From Octopus bimaculoides (lineage: Eukaryota), in NCBI RefSeq assembly GCF_001194135.2, contig NC_068984.1, positions 11,738,266-11,802,265 of the forward strand: DNA of 64,000 bases. The letters run 5' to 3'. Position 1 is the stretch's first letter. Every line of letters starts with the position of its first letter. The position numbers were made by a program, and so were the translations under genes. The notes beneath the pieces are model-generated. The model saw nothing but the letters and a program-made list of their open reading frames with translations. It searched no databases and was not told the DNA's origin. This document shows positions 25,092 through 37,079 of the stretch, in pieces.

Positions 25092-28000
25092 CTAAAATAT
25101 AGAGAAACATTGTTGAATACAACACACACACATATATATATACACAATATGCACTTGAATACAACACATACATACACACTTGACGATGACACACACACAT
25201 GCATGCATACACACACATGCATGCATACACACACATGCACATGCTTACATACACACACACACAAAATAAAGAAAAAATACAAAATGATTTTGAAGGAAAA
25301 CAAAGTACAATATTGGACAATATGAAGTTGAGGCAGCAAACCTGATGAAGATGAAAAACTAACTCTAAGTTTGCAAATGTTCTGTGGAATATCAGTGTTG
25401 ATGAGATGATAGGAGCTAACAGACTAAAATGAAGCTTTAATAGCAAAATGACAGGTTTGTATGGAAAGTTTGTTTCTACATTAGGCATGAGGCCAATTTT
25501 TGAAAACAAGCGGAAGCAATAAAAAAAAATTACAACAAGAAAAAAAAACGGTCTCTGTGAGTCACACAAGTTCATAGATAAGTTCTGTTTAACTATGGAG
25601 TTAGTAGTGCTAAACAAGTAAAGGAGTAATCTTTTATTGGACACCATGTAAATGTTTACCACAAGATTCACAGATTTGATTCTAAAATCCAACAGATCAA
25701 AAAACTGGAGTGTCACATAAAAGAACACAAAAAATACTTGTAATAGATAAAAAAAAAAATTGGGGAGCCTCTGTATCAGGGTTTCTCAAACTGGACAGTG
25801 GTGCCCCCTGGGTGTGAGAGGTGGATGGAAAATTTTATATGGGGACAAAGGGGACAGTTGGCAGGGGTGATAGATATATCTTTATCTTTTAATCTTTTTC
25901 CTGTTTCGGTCACTGGACTGTGACCATGCTGGAGTACTGCCTTGCAGGATTTAGTTGCCAGATCAAACCCAGTACATATTTTAAAATCTGGTATTTATTC
26001 CATCAGTCTCTTTTGCCGAACTACTAAGTTAGGGAATGTAAACAAGTCAACACCAGTTGTCAAGTAGTGAGAGTACACTCATAAACACACACACACACAC
26101 ACATCCATCCATCCATTTAGTCTTATCAGTCGAAAAACAAGAGTACTCAATAACATTGTAGAGATTAATATTTTATTTTAGTCCAGTCAATCTCTTGTTA
26201 TTCTGAGTTTCACCTGTAGTTTTATTTTTCTTTCCATTTTCTTTCTCTTACTCTTCTTCCTTTTCCCCCTTTTTCATTTTTCCTCTTCCTTCTTCCCTCC
26301 ACTTAGTCCCCCTTCCCCAATCATGCTTTGTCTCTACCATCACACCTTATGACTAGGAAACTACATATAAATTTGCAAATGCTATCAATTTTCCAGACAC
26401 AACTTGCCTGAAGACAAGGCAAAACTCAGAGTAGCAATAGGCTGATTCAACCAAAATAAAAGAAAGTCATCACCATCATTTAACGTCCGTTTTCCATGCT
26501 GGCATGGGTTGGACGGTTTGACAGGAGCTGGTCAGATAGAGAACTGCCCAAGCTCCGATTGTCTGTTTTTGTATGGGTTCTAGAGTTAGATGCACTTCCT
26601 TAACACCAACCACTTTACTGAATGTACTGGGTAAGCTCTCCATGGTGCCAGCATGGGTGCTGTATATTTATTTGGAACCAACACAGGTGTTTTTTACATG
26701 GCACCAGCCCCTGTGAGCCAACAAGACAAGGAACTCTTGGCTGACAGGGAGATGCCTGTATGTATAGATGGCCATGATTTTACTCAGTTTGATGTATCTT
26801 CTCAAGCACAATAAATTGGCCAGAAGTCTCAATCCCTCGTCATCTCCTCGGTGAGGCTCCACATCTTGTTAGCCATAATCCCAACAATATCAACAATGAC
26901 AATAAAACTTCAAAATGTGAATGAATAAGTGAAAAAGCAAAACCAAAATTATATATTCCACTTATAAATGTAAATTATAAGCACCAAACTGAAGCACAGT
27001 TTAAAAGACATTGGTCAAAATTTGTGGATATTGCCATACATACAATAAAGACAACCTCTGCACCTGTAGTGTTAGATATCATCCTGATTTGTACATGCAT
27101 ATATACATGGGATGTATCTAATTTTACTGAATTGCTACAAGGAGGTGTTGGAATATTAGTAAAGGAAATAAAATACTAGTTAAAAAAAGTTTGAGAAGTA
27201 CTACTCTATGTGGTCATTTGACCTCATAGAAATAGCAGCTGGATCTCCCTCATATCCAACCATCTTTTCCATTACATAAGGGAAAGAGACATTAGATAAT
27301 GTAATCCTAGTTATACCTCTCTAAGAAAGATGCTGGGAAGGGAGAAAGTTACAGATGGAATGGTTTTGTTTGTAATGTCTGGTGAAGGTCAACCAGAAGC
27401 TGTAAAACTGAAATAAATGATTTAGGAGTACAGTTCCTTATCCACTCAGCCATCACATCTTCCCAGAGACGAGGAATCTAGTTGATTGAGAAGTTCACTT
27501 CCCAGTCACAAGGTTTCAGGTTCAGTCCTACTATATGGCACCTTGTGAATGAATTTAGTCAGCAGAAACTGTCCAGAGGGTATTGTGTGTGTGTGTTTAC
27601 AAGTTTGTCTCTCACCACTTAATAAGTGGTGTGGGTTTGTTTACATCCTTGCAACTTAGCAGTTTGGCAAAAAAAAAAGGGACCAATAGAAAAAGTACTA
27701 GAATTAAAAAATAAGTTCTGAGGTTGATTTGATCAACCAAAATTCTTCAAGACAGCGCTCCAGCATGGCCTGGAGTCCAATGACTGAGACAAGCAAACTA
27801 TTAAAAGAATCTATTTTATTGACCCAAGAAGGCTGAAAGACAAGGTTGACACAGCAAGGTACCAGTCTCAATACTCAAACACACCAAATACAGCCCTCTA
27901 CAGTCTCTGCTATTTCGCACAGCTCTTAACAAGCATAATACAATTTTGGTGCATAAAGATTAAAATCTGCTGGATTAAGTTACAGCCCTTGAAACTGTGA

Positions 28001-28585
28001 TGAAGAGAAATAGAGTGTGAGTGTGTGTGGTAATATGACTATATGCACTAATACATTTTGTGTGTGTATGGCTATACGTACTAGCAGAGTCTTGAGTGTA
28101 GCAACAACTATATGTACACTAGTGTATGTAATGGAATCTCCTGTCACAGACTGTGTACAAGTGTTCAGTTTTTTTTGCTGAACGACCTGCGTAAGTGATT
28201 CGTTTATAATGATCAAATGTATGTGCTGTACGTCAGCTGATTCCCTCCATCAAATCGTCATTGCCTGTGCAGGTGCAGAAGCATGCCACGTGTCAGATGT
28301 CAAAATGATCGCAGAGCAATGTGAAATGAAATGTTTTGCTCAAGAGCACAACACGCCGCCTGATCCAGGAACTGAACTCACAATCTAGCCATTGTAAGTG
28401 CAACACCCTAACCACTTGGCTCTGCACCTTCACAAGTGTATGTATGTGTGTATTAATGTGATTAGATACTAGTATAGTGTGTGACTATATATACTAGTTA
28501 AGTGTGTATGTTTGTAGTAATGTGTCTACAAGTGTAGTGTGACTAAATGTACATGTGGGTAGTAATGTGACAATATACTAGCAGT

Positions 28586-29256
28586 GTAAGGCGGCTAGCT
28601 GGCAGAAACATTAGCACACCAGGCAAAATGCTTAGCAATATTTCGTCTGTCTTTACGTTCTGAGTTCAAATTCCACTGAGGTTGACTTTGCCTTTTATCC
28701 TTTCAGGGTCGATAAATTAAGTACCAGTTGTATACTGAGGTCAATCTAATTGACTGGCCCCTGCCCCCCAAATTTTGGGCCTTGTACCTAGAGTAGAAAA
28801 GACTATCTGCGCATACCAAGGTGGCATGCTGGCAGAATTGTTAGCATGCCGGGCAAAATGCTTAGCGATATTTCATCTGTCTTTACGTTCTGAGTTCAAA
28901 TTCCATTNNNNNNNNNNNNNNNNNNNNNNNNNNNNNNNNNNNNNNNNNNNNNNNNNNNNNNNNNNNNNNNNNNNNNNNNNNNNNNNNNNNNNNNNNNNNN
29001 NNNNNNNNNNNNNNNNNNNNNNNNNNNNNNNNNNNNNNNNNNNNNNNNNNNNNNNNNNNNNNNNNNNNNNNNNNAGGCAAAATGCTTAGCAATATTTCGT
29101 CTGTCTTTACGTTCTGAGTTCAAATTCCACTGAGGTTGACTTTGCCTTTTATCCTTTCAGGGTCGATAAATTAAGTACCAGTTGCATACTGGGGTCAATG
29201 TAATCGACTGGCCCTCTCCTCAAAAATTTCGGGCCTTGTGCCTAGAGTAGAAAAGA
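28586..29256 (+). mobile_element. Family B SINE(s) spanning an N gap, flanked by one 16-bp TSD
   Basis: aatatactagcagtgt occurs at 28572-28587 and 29256-29271, with three SINE bodies or fragments between them. Confidence 0.8.
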
Positions 29257-29749
29257 ATATACTAGCAGTGTGTGTGTGTGTGTGTGTGTGTGTAGTATAT
29301 GACTATATGTAGTAACATAGTATGCATGTGTATGAGAATGTGTAGTAAAGTGTATATGTACTAGCATAGTGTGAGTGTGTGTGCATAATATCATGTACAA
29401 ACATAGTGTGCATGTATGTGTAGTAATGTGGCTATTCATTCTAGAATAGTGTGTGTGTGTGGTTGTAATAGTAATGTGCCTATACAGACAAGCACTTGAA
29501 TATTCTAGATCACATGAATGACAACATTTAACTAAAATAGTGGCAGTGGGATCAGGAAAACTCCCACTCATGAAGGTTTTTTTTATTTTCACTCACTTGA
29601 GATAATCTAACACGAGAGGAGTTAATTCTCAGCCATCAATTGATGTCAAACAACTGAGAAATAAATATTTAAAGCTTGAAAAAAATCTCTGTCATCTTGT
29701 AATGGCAAAGGATCTAACAATGTCTTGTTTCAGAAGTGAGTGAAATTAG

Positions 29750-29995
29750 CAATGAGAAGAGAAAGGAGGTATGGAGGGGTGAGGGACAGAGTTGGAGAGG
29801 GTGGAGAGTGAGGAGAATGGGAGAAGGGCGTGAGGGAGTGAGAGAGGAGAGAGGAAGGAGTGAGAGAGAAGAGGTGGAGAGAGGAGGGACAGAGGGAGTG
29901 AGAAGAGAGAGGAGGGAGTGAGAAGAGAGAGGAGGGAGTGAGAGAGGAGGGAGTGAGAGAGGAGTGAGTGAGAGAGGGGAGAGAGGAGAGAAGGG
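29750..29995. repeat. GA-rich polypurine low-complexity tract
   Basis: gagaggagggagtgagaa-type repeats, almost pure purine on the + strand. Confidence 0.9.
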
Positions 29996-30047
29996 GCTTC
30001 AACATGGAAAGCTTCAAATTACAACTGGGGCCAACAGATCTTGGTCA

Positions 30048-30425
30048 CAGGGATGGTAAGTGCCCCCAATGGAATAACCCTCTCCCCATATGAAGGAGGT
30101 AAGTTCTTAATCTGGGTTGCCATGTGCTGTCACATTCTCCACCTTCAACTTTGCTGCATCGTTTGCAAACCCAGGTGTCACTGCCTGCAATGCGGAGGAG
30201 AGTAAGATAACCAAACACCAGAGTTTGACTGGATGCTATCTGTTTGAAACAGTTGCCATCAAGACCACGGGTGTTCTCAGACCCTACACTGCTGATTTCC
30301 ACCATAAAATCAGAATAATGGTGGCCTGTCTCAGAAATGAGACTCACGAGATGGAGGTGGCTGTTGCATCAAGTGTCACATTGCCATTCTCCATAGCAAC
30401 GCCTTTGCTATTATGTCTGCAGGGT
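30048..30425 (+). mobile_element. Decayed C-terminal restriction-like endonuclease region of a CRE-type non-LTR retrotransposon
   Basis: Frameshifted translation RDGKCP/NGITLSPYEGGKFLIWVA.C...PGVTACNAEESKITKH.SL..YLFETVAIKTTGV...IAILHSNAFAI. It matches DGKRPDG.TL.PW..G..L.WD.T...AE..K..KY...E..G...IAIQRGNA. Confidence 0.75.
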
Positions 30426-31090
30426 ACAGCTCAACAGACTGAAGCATTCAGCATGTTATTCCCCCTGCTCCCCACTTCTTTTGTTGCTTTATTCCTTTTG
30501 TCCTTATCTTTGTTTCTTTGAGGGAATTTTGAGGTTGCTGTTTTGGTGGTTAATTTCTATTTTTCTACAACGAAAGATTGTCTTAATATTTCTTTTATTG
30601 CGACATTGCTACAAGCATGATAGTGAAGTAACATTAGCTTTTAAAACAAAAAGCAAACAGCAGTCACTGTAATATATTCTACTAACATTAAATGCTACTT
30701 AATGTCAGGTGGCTTTCAATTTTAAAATAATATGAACACAATTAACCTCAATGAATGAATGAACATACGTGGTGGTGGGGGATTAGAAGTTCACTTTGCA
30801 ACTGTGTGGGTTTGATTTACATCAATGCATCAACAAATTTATAAACCCTTTATAAACTTCATCATTATCATTGCTTCAAAGTCCACTTTTCTATGCTTAC
30901 AAGGATCAGATGGAATTCACTGAAGCAGATTTTCTATGGCTAGATGCTTTTCCAGTAACCAACCCTCACCTGTTTCCAAGCAGGATAATAATCTCTTAGT
31001 CTGTCAAACAACATAGGAGTTGATGTTTGTGAAAACAGAATGTCTTACATTATTTACATTCGACAGATATTTGTCCTCATCTTGTTTGTT

Positions 31091-31136
31091 GTTAACACGT
31101 TTTGGCTGATATACCCTCCAGCCTTCTTCAGGTGTC
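31091..31136 (-). ncRNA. Degenerate type I hammerhead ribozyme in a probable Penelope-like element terminus (about 31050-31175)
   Basis: GACAC-CTGAAGA-A-GGCTG-GAGGGTATAT-CAGCC-AAAAC-GTGTTAAC. The CUGANGA core and 5-bp stem II are intact, G12 is changed to A, and the cleavage-site region looks damaged. Confidence 0.6.
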
Positions 31137-34100
31137 TTGGGGAAATTTCGAACCTGGGCTCTCATTCCTTTATTTAAGACAAGAGGTTATGATTTGTGGG
31201 CAATTTGACTGCTTGCTTACAAACCACATGGTTCTGGGTTCAGTCCCACTGCATGACACCTTCGGCAAGTGTCTTCTACTATAGCCTCAGGCCAACCAAA
31301 GCCTTGTGAGTGGATTTGGTAGACGGAAACTGAAAGAAGCCCGTCATATATATAAATATATATGTATGTGTGTGTATATGTTTGTGTGTCTGTGTTTGTC
31401 CCCCCAACATCGCTTGACAACCGATATTGATGTGTTTATATCCCCGTAACTTAGAGGTTCGGCAAAAGAGACCGATAGAGTTAAGTACTATGCTTNNNNN
31501 NNNNNNNNNNNNNNNNNNNNNNNNNNNNNNNNNNNNNNNNNNNNNNNNNNNNNNNNNNNNNNNNNNNNNNNNNNNNNNNNNNNNNNNNNNNNNNNNNNNN
31601 NNNNNNNNNNNNNNNNNNNNNNNNNNNNNNNNNNNNNNNNNNNNNNNNNNNNNNNNNNNNNNNNNNNNNNNNNNNNNNNNNNNNNNNNNNNNNNNNNNNN
31701 NNNNNNNNNTATATATATACTTTATTTAAAAGCAGCAGAAATATGCTTTTAAATAAAGCATATTACTCTACCTCTGGTATTTGAGTACTCTTTTTTCCAC
31801 CTTGTTGCACATTTCATGTGCTTACTCCGGTATATATATATATATATATATATATAGGGGGGGAAGAAAGGGAGTAGTAAAAGAGAGATACAGAGAGTAA
31901 GTGAAAGTAATTGGTCATTGATAGACTGGGGACATAGTTATAAGTCTTTTTTCCAGTTTTACAGAGATTGCACAACATGTCAAGATGCCCAGACATACTT
32001 TTGCAATTGACTGCAAGTGTAAGACACAGACTGTATTCGATAGCAAAGCTGTTGTTTTGTTTACAGTGAGAAGACAGGGAGAAATACTCACTCAGACACA
32101 CACACACACAAATGACAGGCTTCTTCAGTTTCTGCTTACCAAATTCACTCATAAGGCATTAGTCGACCCAGACAGTCTGCGAGCTATGTGATATACAACA
32201 ACTTAGGTTGCTGTTCAGTCTGGCTTTAAAAAGACATTCTGTTAGTCTTTACAAATGATACAAGTAGTAACAAGTAGCCTACTAATTGTGGATTGTTTGA
32301 AATTTGTTAGAAATGCCTGAAGAGTCTATTTAATTAGTGATCTGGCATAAGTAGAAGGAAAATCTGTCACGATGGTGGATGGAACACTTACCATCTTTAC
32401 TGAAAAACCTAGAGATAGAGCTGAAAGAGCATGAATATGTCTTTTGGAAAACAATATATTTTCGAGATGTCTGGAGGATGATGCTTTGAAAAGAAAACAC
32501 ATCATAGAAAAGCATATCAACTATGTATGAAACTCATGTTTAAGCTTATCATTGTTACCATTCGATACCGAAAGATTAGGTTGGTGATACTGAATTGGAG
32601 AAAATGTACTCAGTTCTCTTTTACTGGTTTTAGTCATTGGATTGCAGCCATGCTGGAGTGCTGAAGGTTTTAGTTGAACAAATTGACCCCTGTACTTACT
32701 TTATTTAAAGTCTGGTACTTGTTTTATTGGTCCCTTTTGCTGAATTACTAAGTTACAGGGATATAAATGAACCAACACCAGTTGCCAAACAGTGGAGGGA
32801 CAAATACAAAGGCACACATATACACAGAGGCTTCGCAGTTTCCATCTACCAAATTCACTCACAAGGAAGCGGTTAGCCCAGAGTTATGGTAGGAGACACT
32901 TGTTCAAGATGTCATGCAGTGTGATTTGAACCCAAAACCACATGGTTGCTAAGCGAGCTTCTTAATAATACAGCCACCTGTTGTAGAGTACAATTATTAA
33001 ATATTCAGTTGATGCTATCTTTAGCACCACAATGATTTTCCATGTGCAGGAAAGACATGAGCAAGAAGAAGATTCTACAGGGCCAATGTTCCGAATAATA
33101 TAGGCTGAGTGATGTGGTTATTGCGGGACTTGGGAGAGGTTGAATACAACAAGGTTGATGAGAAGAAACAATGAATGGAAGAGACTGAAGGTCAACCAAC
33201 TCTAAGGAACAGAGGTCATTAGAGTAATGATAGAGAAAGAGAGAAGAGACAGCATGTTTATATACAGGTGGGATATATAAAACTGTTGACTATAAAGAGA
33301 TAAAATGTGAAATATCCATAGAATTACAATGCATCCAGTTCACATATATTCTAACACTAAGTCACAAATAGAGCTATCTATTCATTTGGGTTTCAAATTT
33401 TGGCACAACGCCAGAAATTTTGGGGGAGGGGGGCTATTAGTTGATTACACTGACCCCCAGTGTTTAACTAGTACTTATTTTATCAATCCCAAAACCATGA
33501 AAGGCAAAGTTCACCATGGTGACATTTTTATTTCTTTATTGCCCACAGGGGGCTAAACATAGAGGGGACAAACAAGAGGATTAAGTCGATTACATCGACC
33601 CCAGTGATTAACTGGTAATTATTTAATCGACTCCGAAAGGATGACAGGCAAAGTCGACCTCGGCGGAATTTGAACTCAGAACATAACGTGGCGACATTTG
33701 AAGTCAGAAGAAATGCCACTAAGCATTTGTTCTATTGGTCTCTTTTGCTGAACAACTAAGTTACAGGGACATAAATGAACCAACACCAGTTGTCAAACAG
33801 TGGGGGGACAAACACAAAGGCACACACACACACACACAGAGGCTTCGCAGTTTCCATCTACCAAATTCACTCACAAGGAATTGGTTAGTACCTTGGAGCT
33901 ATCTATTCATCTTCACATTGGTTTGGATGTGGGAGAGTGAGAGAGAGAATCTTATTACAACCAAAGATAAATACAAAATTCTTCCACTTTTAACATATTT
34001 CATTGAAAGTAAAACTATATTCAGAAGACATTAGTTTATTTGAACCAGAAAATAAGAGATTACAAATTTGGTTTTCCTAACAGCTAAGTCATTCTTTTAA

Positions 34101-34474
34101 AATTTATAAGAAGTTTTTTTCCAATGACTGTGCTATGCTGCTATTCAGTTTTATATTAGTGAAGAGATTTAAACAAACGATAAAATGATAATGTCTGAGA
34201 TTATTTGATAGCAGAGCTGACTTTTCAATATTCATTTCAATTTCTTACTTTACTGAAATGAAATTACAAAAAAAAAAAAAAAAAGAAAAATTTATCTGAT
34301 AGTAGATTTAGGCTGAATCAACCCTTTTGACATTAATCTGCTTAAGACTACCCCTGGCTCTGTGATTAAACAAAACTAAAACATTCACTCAAAATTTCAA
34401 GTTAATTTGTTTCGAACACCAGCTTAATAATGACAAAATTATTTTAGTAAATTCTTCAATAATATATTAAAACT

Positions 34475-34650
34475 AAAGCATCAGTGCTGGGGCCATGTAA
34501 AAAGCACCGGTGTTGGTGCCATGTAAAAAGCACCAGTGCTGGTGGCACAAAAATAGCACCAGTGCTGGTGCCGCATGAAAAGCACCAGTGCTGGTGGCAC
34601 AAAAAAAGCACCAGCGCTGGTTCCATTAAAAAGCACGGGTGCCACGTAAA
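34475..34650. repeat. Minisatellite of about 7 units (23-29 bp) aaaagcaccagtgctggtg(g/c)cac inside a LINE 3' UTR
   Basis: The tandem units are visible and each contains the imperfect palindrome gcaccagtgctggtg. Confidence 0.85.
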
Positions 34651-36614
34651 AAGCACCCAATACATTCTGTAAAGTGGTTGGCATTAGGAAGGGCATCCAA
34701 CAGTGGAGATCATGCCAAAACAGACAATTGGATTCTGGTGCAGGTCTGTGACTTGCCAGCTCCTTCCATCCATCCAAACTATACCAGCATGGAAAAGAGA
34801 TGTTAAATGATGATGATGATGCTGAAAGCACCTACCATCTTTTCTTCTTCTAAGCTACTCCCACCCACTCTTCATGTGAGGTAACCACATCTCATTTATA
34901 GCAAGCCACCTGCACCTGTCCCTCTATCCTATTTTAGCCTCCCAAGACCTGACATAAAGTCAACCCCTCCTTGTGCATACTCTCCCCCCACCCCACCCAA
35001 TTGAGGTAGGCTTTGTTGTTTTTCTTTTCTGTCTTACAAGTTACTTGGTGACTTCATAACCTCACTAGTGCCAATGGCACAAAAATAAATAGAAGCACCC
35101 CGTATACACTGAAAGGTGATTGGCATTAGGAAGGGAATCCTGTCATAGAAACCATGACAAAGCTGACATTAGAGCTTAATGCAACCCTGCAGCTTACCAG
35201 ATCCTTTCTAGCCACCAAACCCATGCCAGCATGGAAAATGGATGTTAAATGATGATGATGATGATGAAAGGCAGCACAGGTCGCGGTCTCAAAGCGACGA
35301 AAATATTTTGACAAATTGAATTTAAAGGTTGAAGTGAATCTAACGGTTTTTGTGTGTTATTTTAAATGGCTTATAAACACCTTCCATGCTGCATTTGTTT
35401 TTGTTCCAGCACACGATCTCAGATCAGGTCACTTGCTATGCAAGTACATCTCCGTAATAAATGTGTTGTTTTATTTAAATGTTTTTCTAAATTATCAACC
35501 ATATTATTTTTTTACTATTTTAGACAGCAATCTGGCAGAAATGTCCGCATTTTGTCCATCCTCGTGTTGAGTTCAAATTCTGAGGTTGACTTTGCCTTTC
35601 ATCCTTTCGGGGTCAATAAGATAAGTACCAGTTGAGCACTGACTTATCCCCTCCCCTGAAACTTCTGGCCTTGTGCCAGAGGGATCATTATTATGTCAGT
35701 TAAAATGCCTTGTATTGTTAAATTATGGATTAATATGTTCTGTGTTCAAATCCAGCTAAAGTCAATTTTGCCTTGCATTCCTCCAGAATCAATTAAAAAA
35801 AACTAAGTCAATTCTTGAAAACAATAGTATCAACTAACTTCTTCCTTCCAAAACTGTGAGACTTATGTCTATATTCACCATCATCATTGTTGCTTTAACA
35901 TCCACTTTTCCATGCTTGCATGGGTCAGATGGAATTCGAGATGGATTTTCTTGAAGAGCTCGATGCACTTCTATTGCCAACCCTCACCTGTTTCCAAGGA
36001 GTGTTGTATTGTCCTCATGGCCAGATGTGTTGCATGGAAGACTGGAAATGAAGGACGCCAATTTACAACTATCACATGATGCCAAAGCAAGGAGACAGTA
36101 AAACACAGGCAAAGAAAGAGTAAGACACATACATGCAGAGAGAGAGAGAGAGAGAGAGGCTTCTTTTAGTTTCCATCTACCAAATTCACTCACAAGGTTT
36201 TGGTTGACCCAAGGTTACAGTAGAAAACACTTGCCTTATTGGGTGTCACGTAGTGGAGCTTAACCTGAAACCATGTGGTTGGGAAGCAGACTTCTTACCA
36301 CACAGCCACACCTGTGCCTATTAAAAACAATTGCTTTATCATGAGATAAAATAAAACTCTAGCTGACTAATGAAAGTCAACATTGTAAAATTCATTCCAA
36401 CAAACCCAAATGCTCAGCATTTTTGGATTATTTTCTCTAAAGATGGCTATCTGATTGTGAAGTGAGAGCAATTGCTTTCTCTCATAGAGGCTTTGAGATG
36501 TCTATCTCTGCTCTGTAGTCAAAATCTCAAGCAGTAATAATGATGATGAATATAGACGTAAGGTCTGCAGTTTTTGAGAGTAAGAAGCAAAAATTTCAAA
36601 CAGAAGTCCGTGGG

Positions 36615-36895
36615 ATAGAACGAAATAAACTCCCATCAAGAAACTCTAAAAGGAAATGGGGCTGGATCGGTCATGCTCTAAGGAAACCTCCAAGCAACAT
36701 TGCAAGACAAGTGTTAGACTGACAACCTGAATGAAAGAGGAAAGAAGACCTGGAAAGGATGTGTGGAAGATGAAGCAAAAGCAATTGGTCTCTCTTGGTC
36801 TGAAATCAAGGCAGGAGCCAAAGGTCATGTCTGCTAGAATGAAACGGTCACAACTCTATGCTACTTACAGAGTAATGTGGACTGACTGACTTAGT
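36615..36895 (+). mobile_element. RTE-clade LINE C-terminal fragment
   Basis: KRKWGWIGHALRKPPSNIARQVLD*QPE..KTWKGCVEDEAKAIGLSWSEIK matches RTE W.WIGH.LR...ALDW.P.G...RGRP..TW. Confidence 0.85.
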
Positions 36896-37046
36896 CAAAG
36901 CAAAGGTAAATGCTTAAGTGCAGACATGGTCATGTGGTTAAGATGTTCACTTCACAACCATATTGGCAGGCAGATGTCTTCTACTCTATCACTTCAAAGA
37001 GATCAATGCTGTGAGCAGAATTGGTAGGTGGAAACTAGGAAACCCA

Positions 37047-37079
<33 letters not shown>

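Noticed and set aside
25042-25728. 228-aa minus-strand ORF
   Set aside because: It is low complexity (F/L/I/CV-rich), overlaps the UBA3 exon out of frame, and has no recognisable motif.
28621-29190. Apparent SINE trimer
   Set aside because: The block after the gap (29075 onward) is almost identical to 28621 onward and there is only one TSD pair. At least part is probably a gap-flanking assembly duplication.
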